This document shows, piece by piece, positions 9,431-18,958 of a stretch of 64,000 nucleotides of DNA; within the stretch, counting starts at the first letter, position 1, and each line of letters begins with the position of its first letter. The stretch comes from an uncultured Candidatus Saccharibacteria bacterium (GTDB lineage Bacteria > Patescibacteriota > Saccharimonadia > Saccharimonadales > JALRHH01). The DNA lies in assembly GCA_964474995.1 (NCBI GenBank), contig CAYYUY010000005.1, positions 7,816-71,815 of the forward strand. The letters are read 5' to 3'. Below the pieces are notes generated by a model that ran no database searches, was not told the origin of the DNA, and worked only from the letters and a program-made list of their open reading frames with translations. A program made the translations under genes and the position numbers.

Positions 9431-9859
9431 ATGGCAAAAGCTGTAAAAGCTAATTTGAAAATGAAAATCAGGGGTGGACAAGCCAGCGCGGCTCCACCAG
9501 TTGGTTCAAGCCTTGGTCAACACGGTGTCAACATGATGGATTTCATCAATCCATTCAACGAAGCCACCAAAGACCTTATGGGCCAGGATGTGACTGTTCA
9601 CATCACTATTTACGATGACCGCAGCATGGACTGGCGTGTCGTTACGATCCCTACTGATATCCGTATCTTGAACGAGCTCGGTATCAAAAAGGGTTCTGGC
9701 AAGCCAAACAGCGAAAAGATCGCCAAGAAATTGACCGATGCACAGTTGACTAAGATTGCTGAAGAAAAAGCCAAAGACATGAACACCGACAACATTCCAT
9801 CAGTCAAAAAGATGGTTGCTGGTACTGCACGCTCAATGGGCGTCGAAATCGAAGGCTAA
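9431..9859 (+). CDS. rplK: 50S ribosomal protein L11
   Basis: GQASAAPPVGSSLGQHGVN, GTARSMG. Confidence 0.97.
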   Translation: MAKAVKANLKMKIRGGQASAAPPVGSSLGQHGVNMMDFINPFNEATKDLMGQDVTVHITIYDDRSMDWRVVTIPTDIRILNELGIKKGSGKPNSEKIAKKLTDAQLTKIAEEKAKDMNTDNIPSVKKMVAGTARSMGVEIEG

Positions 9860-9880
9860 AAATACTCTATTAACTAGTTT

Positions 9881-9910
9881 GTGGAAGGGCGTTTGTCCCG
9901 TTATTACCAC
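9881..9910 (+). promoter_or_regulatory. L1-binding autoregulatory mRNA element upstream of rplA
   Basis: GTGG-AA-GGGC...GTCC-CGTTATTA-CCAC stem with internal loop just before the GAAGGAG SD; resembles the L1 operator. Confidence 0.65.
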
Positions 9911-9926
9911 GAAGGAGACTACAATC

Positions 9927-10913
9927 ATGGCAAAGACCAAGACAGAGTTACTTGCCGAAGCCAAGACGCTGAAGCTTGAAGTAACTACCAAGAATACTAT
10001 TGCAGAAATCACCGCCGCTATCGAAGCTGCTGGTGCTGCACCTGTTGCAGCAGCTGAAGCTGCAGAGCCAAAGGCAACTGCCAAGGCTGGCAAGCACAGC
10101 GAAAAAGGCATCAAAGAAGCTGAAGAGAAAGCTGCAAAGCTTGCTGCCCAGAAACACCGCGATGAAGCTGAAGCTGCAGAGGCTGAAAAGCCAAAAACAC
10201 CTATCAAGCCAGCTCGCACTCGTCTTGAGCGCAAGAGCAAGGGCTATCAGAAGGCTGCTGAGTCTATCGATAAGACCAAGACTTACAACCTTACTGACGC
10301 TATCAACTTGGCCATCAAGACAAGTCCTGTGAAGTTTGACGCTAGCCTTGAGCTGCACGTCAACCTTGGCATCGACCCACGTCACGCCGACCAAAACCTC
10401 CGCGATACCATCGTTTTGCCAGCTGGTACCGGCAAAACCGTTCGTGTTGCTGTCTTTGCAGACGCTGACGACGCAGCTGCCGCCAAAAAGGCTGGTGCTG
10501 ACATCGCCGCTGGCGAAGAGTTCCTCCAGCAGCTTGAAAAGGGAATCGTTAACTTCGATATCCTTATCGTAACTCCTGCAATGATGGGTAAGCTCGGCAA
10601 ATACGCTCGTTTGCTCGGTCCAAAAGGCCTGATGCCAAACCCAAAGAGCGGAACCGTTACCAATGACGTAACCAAGGCAGTTAGCCAGGCAAAAGCTGGT
10701 CGTCTTGAGTTCCGTGTTGACTCAACTGGTATTGTCCACGTCGCTGCTGGCAAGCTCAGCTTTGGCACTGACAAGCTCGCACAGAACGTACGTGCTGTCT
10801 TTGCAAGCATCAAGAGCAACAAGCCTGCAAGTGTTAAGGGCAACTACGTGAAAGCTATCTACCTTGCAACAACGATGGGTCCATCCATCAAAGTTGACGT
10901 GAGCGAAATCTAG
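9927..10913 (+). CDS. rplA: 50S ribosomal protein L1 with ~100-aa N-terminal extension
   Basis: KFDASLE, LPAGTGK, LGPKGLMPNPKSGTV, TTMGPS; SD and ATG at 9927. Confidence 0.97.
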   Translation: MAKTKTELLAEAKTLKLEVTTKNTIAEITAAIEAAGAAPVAAAEAAEPKATAKAGKHSEKGIKEAEEKAAKLAAQKHRDEAEAAEAEKPKTPIKPARTRLERKSKGYQKAAESIDKTKTYNLTDAINLAIKTSPVKFDASLELHVNLGIDPRHADQNLRDTIVLPAGTGKTVRVAVFADADDAAAAKKAGADIAAGEEFLQQLEKGIVNFDILIVTPAMMGKLGKYARLLGPKGLMPNPKSGTVTNDVTKAVSQAKAGRLEFRVDSTGIVHVAAGKLSFGTDKLAQNVRAVFASIKSNKPASVKGNYVKAIYLATTMGPSIKVDVSEI

Positions 10914-10941
10914 ATCACGAAAACTCAGTAATGAGCATTAA

Positions 10942-10967
10942 GCGGCCCGGAAACGGGTCGTTTTTTT
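10942..10967 (+). terminator. Intrinsic terminator after rplA
   Basis: GCGGCCCG-GAAA-CGGGTCGT followed by a T run. Confidence 0.85.
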
Positions 10968-11002
10968 GTGCCCACCAAAGTGCTAGTGGTACAATTATTT
11001 AT

Positions 11003-11764
11003 ATGATATTACTCGGTATGACTGGACCAATCGGCCATGGTAAAACGACGTTTGCTGAAGCCCTTCAGAAAATCGAACCAACGGCAGTTCACCTGGAGTC
11101 TAGTTTGATCATTGCAGAGTTAGCCAATGCCTGGCAGGCAACACTCGAAGAACCAATTGATCCGTATGACATCAATGCGCTCAATGATTGGCTTCGTAAG
11201 CTGGCACCTCTCATCGAAAATATGCTACAGACACCGTGTAGCTATGACCAGTTGCGGCTCAATCCCGACCGCGTCGATGAGCACCCCATTGAATATCAGA
11301 AACTGATTCTTCATGTTGAGAATCTTCGTCGCAACTTCGAGCTGGCTCATATACAGATAGGTATTGAAAACAAAGAATCATATCGACCATTATTGCAGTG
11401 GCTTGGCGGCTACCTTGTGGCACATGTCGATAAGGGCATTTGGTATAACGAGATTATTCGTCGCGCCAAACAACACGAGCAAGAGGGCAGCAAACTGTGT
11501 ATCGTTGGTGGACTCCGATTTCCAAATGACGCGGCAATACTACGTACCGCTGGGGCAATTATCATCAAGATTTATCGTCCAGGGCATTTACAAAGTGACA
11601 TGCTCGACCCTACCGAGCGCGAACGTGAAAATATAGTCGTTGATTCCACCGTCATGAGCAATGGCACCATTGAAGATGTTGATCGTTTTGCATCTGTCTT
11701 CTTGCAAGATATCAAAAACGATAATTTGCAGGTACTCTATCAGACCACACGCTACAGTGTGTAG
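11003..11764 (+). CDS. Deoxynucleoside monophosphate kinase-like protein (T4 gp1/T5-like family)
   Basis: GPIGHGKTT P-loop, RPLLQWLG, IW, GLRFPND, IIKIYRPG motifs typical of dNMP kinases. Confidence 0.65.
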   Translation: MILLGMTGPIGHGKTTFAEALQKIEPTAVHLESSLIIAELANAWQATLEEPIDPYDINALNDWLRKLAPLIENMLQTPCSYDQLRLNPDRVDEHPIEYQKLILHVENLRRNFELAHIQIGIENKESYRPLLQWLGGYLVAHVDKGIWYNEIIRRAKQHEQEGSKLCIVGGLRFPNDAAILRTAGAIIIKIYRPGHLQSDMLDPTERERENIVVDSTVMSNGTIEDVDRFASVFLQDIKNDNLQVLYQTTRYSV

Positions 11765-11768
11765 CTTA

Positions 11769-13445
11769 CTATTTGACCTTCATAGCGCTCGTAAGAGCTG
11801 ATATGGCACGGCTGAACCCGGGGATGCCCCCACTATAAGCCACGTAGCGATCAGACCAAGATGGGTTATATTTAGCCTTAAAGCGCCGTAACCCACTAAA
11901 TGAATAAAACCTATCACCGTTGGAATAGACGAACTGGAGGGCATTATCAATGACCGTGCGGTCGTCATCGACGTTTTCGAGGCCAGATAATGGGCATAGC
12001 CCCGCATTGAGTCGGCGGATACCTGACTCGTGCAAATTTTTTGCAAAACACATCAACAAGTAATCATTGCTGTTTCCAAGCGCAACTGTCGTACTTCGTA
12101 GTAGATCAAAATTGGCCTCATGTTTGTCGTAGCTGGGAATCTGATTGATAAATGCCTGAATTACGCCATGCTCGTCACGGAGTACCATGACAGGACATTG
12201 TTGCATATATGCCTGGCTGAAGTAGCCCAACATAAAACCTCGTTCCGCACGCCCAGGCAGCGTCAACCAGGCATCAGAAACTTCCTTGAGCCTCGTAATT
12301 ACAGGTGCAGCGTGCGGCGGCTGTAGCAGCTCGGTAGTGTAACCATATTTTGTAAACTTATTGTGTATCTGTCGGAAATATTTACTCCGCGAGCCTGTTT
12401 CGATAAATGCAGCTAGATCGATGACCGCTTCCTCACCAATCTTTTGCAAACTAAAGCCATGGTCTCGATATAACTTCTTGTACCTGCCAGATATATGTAC
12501 AAAGGCTACTTGCCAGTCATTAACTTCACAGAGCTCCACAAATCCGTCGAGTAATCTAGAAAAATCATCCCTACGCCCAAATGGGTCAGCAACAACCAAT
12601 GCCACGCCACGACGAACTTTGTATGCGAGGCCAGCTGACTTGTTATCGGTGAAGTAATAGTGCTTGTCATGTGGCCACAACTTAAAAAACTCCTCGCTAT
12701 CATTGCCGGTTTGGTCAAGCAGCCCCTGAGCAATGTCATGGTTTGCCTTATCGCCGTTATATCGTATCTGTAAGGGCCGAAAGAGTGATATCGCCACATA
12801 CGCCAGTGATGCAACACTCACCACGCTGAGCGAGTCCTGAAACAATTTTGCACGGCGCGTGTATGGTATCAGTTGATCTGCGGTTGTCAGACCTAATTGG
12901 TCGATTGTTCGATGGGCGGCGTCCTCTACACTAATTTCATGATGAAAGTCATGCATATCAAGCAATAAAAAGCCCGACGTACCGTATGCAAATGTGATAA
13001 GCAGCACTAGCACCACCGACCGCAGTGCCACCTTGAAACTCTGAATACCACCACGAACCCTAAATGCCTGTCTACGATATATCAGCGCTATGATCAAAAG
13101 CGCCGGAATAAGCACTCGACGAACAAACAGTGTTTGATCAAACGGCTCGTGCTCAGTCAACATATCAATTGTATTAAAGCAGGCTAGTGCGCTGTAAATT
13201 GCCAATGTAACCCAGTAGGCGGTTTGCTTTCGTCGGCGTAATCTCGTCGAAAGATATATAAGACTCAGGGCTGCGATAAGTGAAAAACTTAAGGTCAGGT
13301 CATTGGTGTGACGTACATGATGTCCAATGAGCCGAATGCCTAGCACATCAATAAATATCACCAACCCGTATAAGAAGACAGTTAACGACAATAACTGCAC
13401 CATGAAGTTAGGCGCGAGAATTCGCTGCGGAGAGGGTATTTTCAT
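11769..13445 (-). CDS. MprF/LysX-like aminoacyl-phosphatidylglycerol synthase (DUF2156 domain)
   Basis: DKHYYF, DPFG, KIGEEA, ERGFMLG, DLLR, GLRRFKAKYNPSW; N-terminal TM helices. Confidence 0.85.
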   Translation of the reverse strand: MKIPSPQRILAPNFMVQLLSLTVFLYGLVIFIDVLGIRLIGHHVRHTNDLTLSFSLIAALSLIYLSTRLRRRKQTAYWVTLAIYSALACFNTIDMLTEHEPFDQTLFVRRVLIPALLIIALIYRRQAFRVRGGIQSFKVALRSVVLVLLITFAYGTSGFLLLDMHDFHHEISVEDAAHRTIDQLGLTTADQLIPYTRRAKLFQDSLSVVSVASLAYVAISLFRPLQIRYNGDKANHDIAQGLLDQTGNDSEEFFKLWPHDKHYYFTDNKSAGLAYKVRRGVALVVADPFGRRDDFSRLLDGFVELCEVNDWQVAFVHISGRYKKLYRDHGFSLQKIGEEAVIDLAAFIETGSRSKYFRQIHNKFTKYGYTTELLQPPHAAPVITRLKEVSDAWLTLPGRAERGFMLGYFSQAYMQQCPVMVLRDEHGVIQAFINQIPSYDKHEANFDLLRSTTVALGNSNDYLLMCFAKNLHESGIRRLNAGLCPLSGLENVDDDRTVIDNALQFVYSNGDRFYSFSGLRRFKAKYNPSWSDRYVAYSGGIPGFSRAISALTSAMKVK

Positions 13446-13583
13446 TACCCTTATTGTACGCTAGTTTCATATCTGTTAACCACAACAAATTGCCCTGATA
13501 TAGTTGTAATATTTGTGCTTATGCTTGCGTCATGGTTTTGACAAACCGTACAATACATACAAATCGTAATAGAGGGAGCGATC

Positions 13584-14297
13584 GTGGGGGTCTACAGCAA
13601 CATTCAAATTCGCGAAGCGCTAGAGGAAGGGCATATTGTTTGTGTACCTTTTAATGATAAGCACGTTGCACACGCCAGCCTCGACGTAACGCTTGGCTAT
13701 TACTACTACCGAACCGGCCAGTCAAAGCGTGGTTATGTCTACAATCCATTTGATGAGCGTGATGTTCGTCGCTACTTTGGCGAAGCACAGCAAGCAGTGA
13801 TTCACCAAGATTGGGCCAATGCAAACGGTGTCGAACCACTTGCCAATATTCCACTCGATCACCCTGTCATTCCACTTCGTCCTGGTGAGCGCATCCTCGC
13901 GCACACACATGAATTCTTTGGCATCAAGCCACCTGGTGCGTATCAGGTCAAGGCACGTAGTAGCTGGGGCCGTAACGGCGTGGCTGTCTGTTTTGACGCT
14001 GGTTGGGTTGATCCAGGGTATATCAACCGCCTAACACTTGAAATCTACAACCTCAACGAGCATGAGACGGTACTCATACCTGTTGGAGAGCGTATCGCCC
14101 AAGCTGTGTTCCTGACGACAGGTGAAGTCGAAGGCAGCTACGGCAAGGGTCGTGATGGTGGTTTCAGTGGTAAATACCAACAAGGGGACAACCTTGATGA
14201 GATTATCAGTAGATGGACACCTGAAATGTTGCTTCCACGGGCTTACAAAGACGCTCGAACCCTCCCGGAGGAGATCAAAGGTTTAAAAGCACGATGA
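13584..14297 (+). CDS. dcd: dCTP deaminase
   Basis: ASLDVTLG, ARSSWGRNG, VDPGY, LTLEIYN, GERIAQ, GKYQ. Confidence 0.88.
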   Translation: MGVYSNIQIREALEEGHIVCVPFNDKHVAHASLDVTLGYYYYRTGQSKRGYVYNPFDERDVRRYFGEAQQAVIHQDWANANGVEPLANIPLDHPVIPLRPGERILAHTHEFFGIKPPGAYQVKARSSWGRNGVAVCFDAGWVDPGYINRLTLEIYNLNEHETVLIPVGERIAQAVFLTTGEVEGSYGKGRDGGFSGKYQQGDNLDEIISRWTPEMLLPRAYKDARTLPEEIKGLKAR

Positions 14298-16636
14298 GCG
14301 CAAAATCTACGCCTACCAAAGGAGTGTTCCTGGTTATTGAAGGTACTGATGGCTCCGGCAAGGGTACGCAGTTCAAGAAGCTCGTAGAACGGCTGACAAC
14401 TGAAGGCTACGACGTTGCTACCTTTGACTTTCCGCAGTATGAGCAGCCTTCAAGCTACTTTGTCCGCGAATATCTAAATGGCAACTATGGCACGGCAGAA
14501 GAAGTTGGCCCATACACTGGATCACTCTTTTACGCGCTTGATCGCTTCCAGGCTGCCAAAGAAATCCGCGCTGCAATTGATGCTGGAAAAGTTGTCATTG
14601 CCAACCGTTTCACTGGCTCTAACATGGCCCATCAAGGCACCAAGTTCAGTAACGCCGAAGAGCGTCGTGGATATTTCATCTGGCTTGATAATCTCGAGTT
14701 TCAGATGCTCAATATACCACGCCCAGATCGTTCGATTGTGCTCCGAGTTCCAGCTGCTACTGCACAGAAACTTGTTGATCAAAAAGAAACACGTAGCTAT
14801 ACCGATAAAAAGCGCGACATCCACGAAGCTGACCTGAGTCACCTGGAACGAGCAGTTGAAGTCTATGACGATCTCTGCAATCTGTTTCCGAAAGACTTCA
14901 CCCGCATTGATTGCGTTCGTGGTGATAACCTCCTCGATATCGATACTATCCACGACTTGCTCTGGAAGACACTCGAAGCCCATCTACCAGCAAAAGGTAC
15001 TACATCAACCACGACCACTACCAAGCCGGCATTGACCGAAACTGTCGTGCAGCCGTTCGTGAACAAGACTGATTATGGCTACGAGATGACTGCTGAAGGT
15101 GATGCATTTTTGCAGGATGCCGTCACTAGTACCACCGACAACGTCTATGCTTTCACCGACAAACTAAGTCCTATTACTATTGCCGCCGCCATGGCCCGTC
15201 TCAGCCGCCGAGGTGATGATATGCGCATTACAATCCTCGATGAATTTGCCGGTGCAAAAGGCAAAGATGAAAAACTTCTCCAGCGTGTCATTACTGCCTT
15301 TGGTGATGATTCCGTACAACAACTTGTTGGCCAACACGTAGTAATCGAAGGTGCTTCAAATTTGCTGACCAAAAAGCTTGAATGGGGTCGCCTGGCATCA
15401 TATCTTGAGCAATCAACGCGCTACATTTACTTTGATCAAAAAGACAAAGACGGCAAGTATAAATACTACGTGCCTGAATATTTTGACGCCAAGACCAAGC
15501 AAACATATATTACAGGCAACGACCAGATCTTTGACTTGTATTCAGATATGGTTCGCAAGCTGACCAAGCATGTGCGTGATAGCTCTAACACACCAAAAGA
15601 AGAACAAGATATGGCATGGCAAGGTGCGACGCGTGCCCAAGCCTGTGACGCCATTCGTGCTGTACTACCTGTATCTACTAAGTCTACGGTAGGTATTTAT
15701 GCCTCTGGCCAGGCATACGAAAGCCTTATCATGCACCTTCTCAGTGACGAATTGCCCGAAGCCCGCGAAACAGGGCAGAAGCTACTAGAACATGGTCGCA
15801 AGATCATTCCAGCCTTTCTGGAACGTGCCGACAAGCCTGATCGTGGTGGTGCACTGGTAGCCTACCGTGCAAACACGGCAAATGCCGTCAAGAAACTAGC
15901 TGAAGAATTACTACCTGATAACCACGCCTCTGAGACAGAACCAGTTACATTAGTTAACTTCTGGCCTCGTAACGAGCTCGACCTTGTACCAGATATGCTT
16001 TACGAACACAGCAGCCTACCACTCAAAGAGCTCCAATCAGAAACACAGAAATGGTCTATGACACAGAAAGAGCAGGTATTTAACACCTACATGGGCGAAC
16101 GCCTCAACCGTCGCCATCGACCGGGCAGGGCAGTCGAAAAAGCACATTACAGCTGGGATCTCGTCTGTGATTATGGTATTTTCCGTGATTTGCAACGCCA
16201 CCGTATGGTTGATGATCTCAACTGGCAGCTTCTGACACCACGCTATGGCTACGAAGTGCCTGAGCTCGTGGATGAAGCCAATCTGACCGATCAGTTCATT
16301 GAGTGTTTTGACCTTAGTCTCAAACTCTACAGCACCCTGCAACAAGCCGGATATGCACTCGAAGCCCAATATGCAACACTCCTTGGCCACCGTATGCGCT
16401 GGAAAATCACCTACAATGCCCGTGAAGCTTTCCACCTGCACGAACTACGCACCACGCCGCAAGGCCACCCAGGTTACCGTAAACTCGTCAAAGAAATGCA
16501 CGAAAAGCTTGCCGAGGTGCACCCACTCTTTGGTGAAGCCATGCGCTTCGTCAACAAAGGCGAAGATGAGGCACTGACTCGTTTGGCTGCCGAACGCTAC
16601 ACACAGTACAAGCTACAGCAGCTTGATAACAAATAA
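14294..16636 (+). CDS. thyX: Thymidylate kinase fused to tandem-domain FAD-dependent thymidylate synthase (Tmk-ThyX)
   Basis: N-terminal EGTDGSGKGTQ, FYALDR, NRFTGSNMAHQ; Thr-rich linker; FGDDSV, SYLEQSTRY, DLQRHR, ELRTTPQGH. Confidence 0.9.
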   Translation: MSAKSTPTKGVFLVIEGTDGSGKGTQFKKLVERLTTEGYDVATFDFPQYEQPSSYFVREYLNGNYGTAEEVGPYTGSLFYALDRFQAAKEIRAAIDAGKVVIANRFTGSNMAHQGTKFSNAEERRGYFIWLDNLEFQMLNIPRPDRSIVLRVPAATAQKLVDQKETRSYTDKKRDIHEADLSHLERAVEVYDDLCNLFPKDFTRIDCVRGDNLLDIDTIHDLLWKTLEAHLPAKGTTSTTTTTKPALTETVVQPFVNKTDYGYEMTAEGDAFLQDAVTSTTDNVYAFTDKLSPITIAAAMARLSRRGDDMRITILDEFAGAKGKDEKLLQRVITAFGDDSVQQLVGQHVVIEGASNLLTKKLEWGRLASYLEQSTRYIYFDQKDKDGKYKYYVPEYFDAKTKQTYITGNDQIFDLYSDMVRKLTKHVRDSSNTPKEEQDMAWQGATRAQACDAIRAVLPVSTKSTVGIYASGQAYESLIMHLLSDELPEARETGQKLLEHGRKIIPAFLERADKPDRGGALVAYRANTANAVKKLAEELLPDNHASETEPVTLVNFWPRNELDLVPDMLYEHSSLPLKELQSETQKWSMTQKEQVFNTYMGERLNRRHRPGRAVEKAHYSWDLVCDYGIFRDLQRHRMVDDLNWQLLTPRYGYEVPELVDEANLTDQFIECFDLSLKLYSTLQQAGYALEAQYATLLGHRMRWKITYNAREAFHLHELRTTPQGHPGYRKLVKEMHEKLAEVHPLFGEAMRFVNKGEDEALTRLAAERYTQYKLQQLDNK

Positions 16637-16640
16637 ATAA

Positions 16641-16667
16641 AAGGCCCTCTCACAAAGAGAGGACCTT
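16641..16667. terminator. Hairpin between convergent genes
   Basis: AAGGCCCTCTC-ACAAA-GAGAGGACCTT. Confidence 0.55.
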
Positions 16668-16688
16668 ACACATTTGCAGCGCTAGATC

Positions 16689-17303
16689 TTACAGGCCGGC
16701 GTGTCGTCGAATGGTTTTGACACCATGCGATATAGCACCAACAGTAAATTCTTGCGTGTTTACAAACAACTCCTTGAGTCCCTTGATCTGCAGAAGCTGC
16801 TCACGGCTAAACAATGGATCTTCTGCTTCGCCTGGATCATTTTGCCATACGTCGTAGTGCACTACTTCTTCATCACCTTCTTTTTCAACAGTACGCTGCG
16901 CAAATAACGTACCGATGGTTTTGTCAGGGAATACTTGTTCAAATCGATAACCAATGGTTTTATCCGGCATCTCAACCTTAGTAATCGCATCGTGGCTTGT
17001 TTCTAGAAATGACCGGCCGACAACGTCCAGTGCTGCATCACATTTTGACCGCTCAGGACGCAACGTTCTAACTCTCACCGCAAGGACATTTGTTTCTGTC
17101 ACATCTTGTTGAGGAGAGATAAGAACACTCAGAAATTCAACAGCCTTCTTAGTCTGTTCTGGATCTCTTATGTGGTTCAATCTCTCCTGAATAAATTCGG
17201 TTGCATAGTCATCGACTGGCATCGCCTGCTGCATGCTTTCAATGTATTGTTGCAAACTCTGTGCCAATTCGGCATCAAGTGCATCTGCTCGCTTCATCAT
17301 CAT
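16689..17303 (-). CDS. Hypothetical protein
   Basis: 204-aa ORF with protein-like composition, no recognised motif. Confidence 0.7.
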   Translation of the reverse strand: MMMKRADALDAELAQSLQQYIESMQQAMPVDDYATEFIQERLNHIRDPEQTKKAVEFLSVLISPQQDVTETNVLAVRVRTLRPERSKCDAALDVVGRSFLETSHDAITKVEMPDKTIGYRFEQVFPDKTIGTLFAQRTVEKEGDEEVVHYDVWQNDPGEAEDPLFSREQLLQIKGLKELFVNTQEFTVGAISHGVKTIRRHAGL

Positions 17304-17340
17304 TTCAATTCTCTCAAAATTCTTGTGGTAATTGTTTTCT

Positions 17341-17527
17341 AAAAAAATGGACCCCTGCGTTCAGGAGTCCGGTTCATGTTTCTATCAATTGTTTTCCGTT
17401 AGAACGCGTACTCCACGTGTTGTGCCGCCATGCGAATAAAGCCGTATGGTCGGCAGATGTGCTTAGCAATAATGGTCTGTGTTGTATTCACGGCTATTGA
17501 TTTTACGCCTTATGGCGGTTATGTCAA
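17341..17527 (-). promoter_or_regulatory. Leader-peptide attenuator 1 (promoter, 30-aa uORF, antiterminator/terminator)
   Basis: TTGACA(17527-17522)-16-TAAAAT(17505-17500); GTG uORF 17491-17399; terminator GGACTCCTG-AACG-CAGGGGTCC-ATTTTTTT; alternative pairing with the uORF end. Confidence 0.65.
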
Positions 17528-18400
17528 GCTTCGTGTATAGATAGATTCAGTTTTAACAAGGGTGGTAATGAGTTTATTAAGGCGTCCGACACTGCCGTAG
17601 TTGACGGCCGGACAGCCCGTAAACGGACGCTCGAGGTCGGCCATAGTGCGGTTATCGGTCACTGTTGCAAGGGCTAATCTACCAGAGCGAAGAGCGGTGA
17701 GGGTGAATTTGCGAGGATCATAGTGAAGGTGCTCATAATCAATTTGAATTGATGGCTTTACGCCTGTAGTGTCCATGACATTTTTGATAATCATGTCGTT
17801 ACCATGTTTGCTATGCCTGGCAAGCCGCTGGCTAAATGCCGATGTAGAGGGCAGTAAATTATAGCTCGCTTGTAGCTGCTCATCTGTCGACATGTCGGGT
17901 AACGACTCCTTTACAACGAACGGGACGACTTCAAACACCGCTACTGACGTTGCAACACCTTCCTGCAACGCTACTTTAATCATTTCGTGACCGTCATTTA
18001 GATATCGACGATCACGCTTGGCAGGCGTCAGTCGAGGCGGATGTTTACCCCACACCAAATCGGCGTGTGTTTCCATAACACCTCCTATTTGCTGACGATA
18101 TGTTGCATCAGAAGATATGAGCCCAAAATGAGCCTGCGCATAACGGCTTACAATACGCGCCGAGAATTTTTCCCAACCCACAGGAGTGGTAAAATCAAAA
18201 TCCGATGTACTGATCCGATGAGCTGCCACAGAGTCCTCAAAAGCATCAGTCGCTTGCTCAAACAGCTGTGCCGTCATGTCAAACATCTCCTGGAACCGTG
18301 GCCCATGCGCAGGCGCGCCACCATACGCAACATATGATTGCGTTAGTTCAGACGGTTCACACCAGTTTGGTTTTGCGAAGTTTTGCATAAGTTCATACAA
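17519..18400 (-). CDS. Hypothetical protein
   Basis: 293-aa ORF, C-terminal GCPA motif; start may be ATG 18388. Confidence 0.7.
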   Translation of the reverse strand: MYELMQNFAKPNWCEPSELTQSYVAYGGAPAHGPRFQEMFDMTAQLFEQATDAFEDSVAAHRISTSDFDFTTPVGWEKFSARIVSRYAQAHFGLISSDATYRQQIGGVMETHADLVWGKHPPRLTPAKRDRRYLNDGHEMIKVALQEGVATSVAVFEVVPFVVKESLPDMSTDEQLQASYNLLPSTSAFSQRLARHSKHGNDMIIKNVMDTTGVKPSIQIDYEHLHYDPRKFTLTALRSGRLALATVTDNRTMADLERPFTGCPAVNYGSVGRLNKLITTLVKTESIYTRSLT

Positions 18401-18432
18401 TATAATATTGCACTATTTTTGTAAAACATCAG

Positions 18433-18611
18433 TTGACACGTCTGGAGCCCAAGCGTATAACCAAAGCTATGATTTCAAGCGTGATGCAGCAATTCCAGAT
18501 GATTATTCTACTCAGCCTACAAGGGCTGTGCTTCAACACGGTTGGAGCCTTCCGCTAACGCGGCATAGCACAGTCCAACCCAAATAGGCTCCACCAAACG
18601 GAGTCTATTTT
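18433..18611 (+). promoter_or_regulatory. Leader-peptide attenuator 2 (promoter, 29-aa uORF, antiterminator/terminator)
   Basis: TTGACA(18433)-17-TATAAC(18456); uORF 18469-18558; terminator AAATAGGCTCC-N7-GGAGTCTATTTT; GGTTGGAGCCT can pair with AGGCTCCACC. Confidence 0.65.
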
Positions 18612-18636
18612 AATTACTACACGAAAGTTACCAGAA

Positions 18637-18954
18637 ATGTCACAACACAAACTACCAGCCAAGCAACGCCCTATACGCCGTAGTATGGAGCACCTCCATG
18701 CGCTCAGATCGAGTCATGAATATTACCAAGGTGATCTCATTGATGAGGCCGCCGAAGCTGCATTCGCAGTTGATGCAGAGATTGCTTCACAAACGCAGCG
18801 CAAGCGAGTTTCTCGTCAACTGCGTAGCGTTATACACCAGAATGTTGCCATGAGCCTTGAAGCTGAACCGGCGGTCGTAGCAGTACCTGATCGTCCGGCA
18901 GTATTTGCCGCTCTTGATAGTGCATTTCAGTCACTTGTAAAGGCGGAAGGATAG
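18637..18954 (+). CDS. Hypothetical protein
   Basis: 105-aa ORF directly after attenuator 2. Confidence 0.65.
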   Translation: MSQHKLPAKQRPIRRSMEHLHALRSSHEYYQGDLIDEAAEAAFAVDAEIASQTQRKRVSRQLRSVIHQNVAMSLEAEPAVVAVPDRPAVFAALDSAFQSLVKAEG

Positions 18955-18958
18955 CGTC

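Noticed and set aside
13476-13530. DnaA/NrdR-like sites upstream of dcd
   Set aside because: Only mismatched matches in AT-rich DNA
14998-15022. Thr-codon run in tmk-thyX as a phase-variable repeat
   Set aside because: Mixed synonymous codons; it is an inter-domain linker, not a simple sequence repeat
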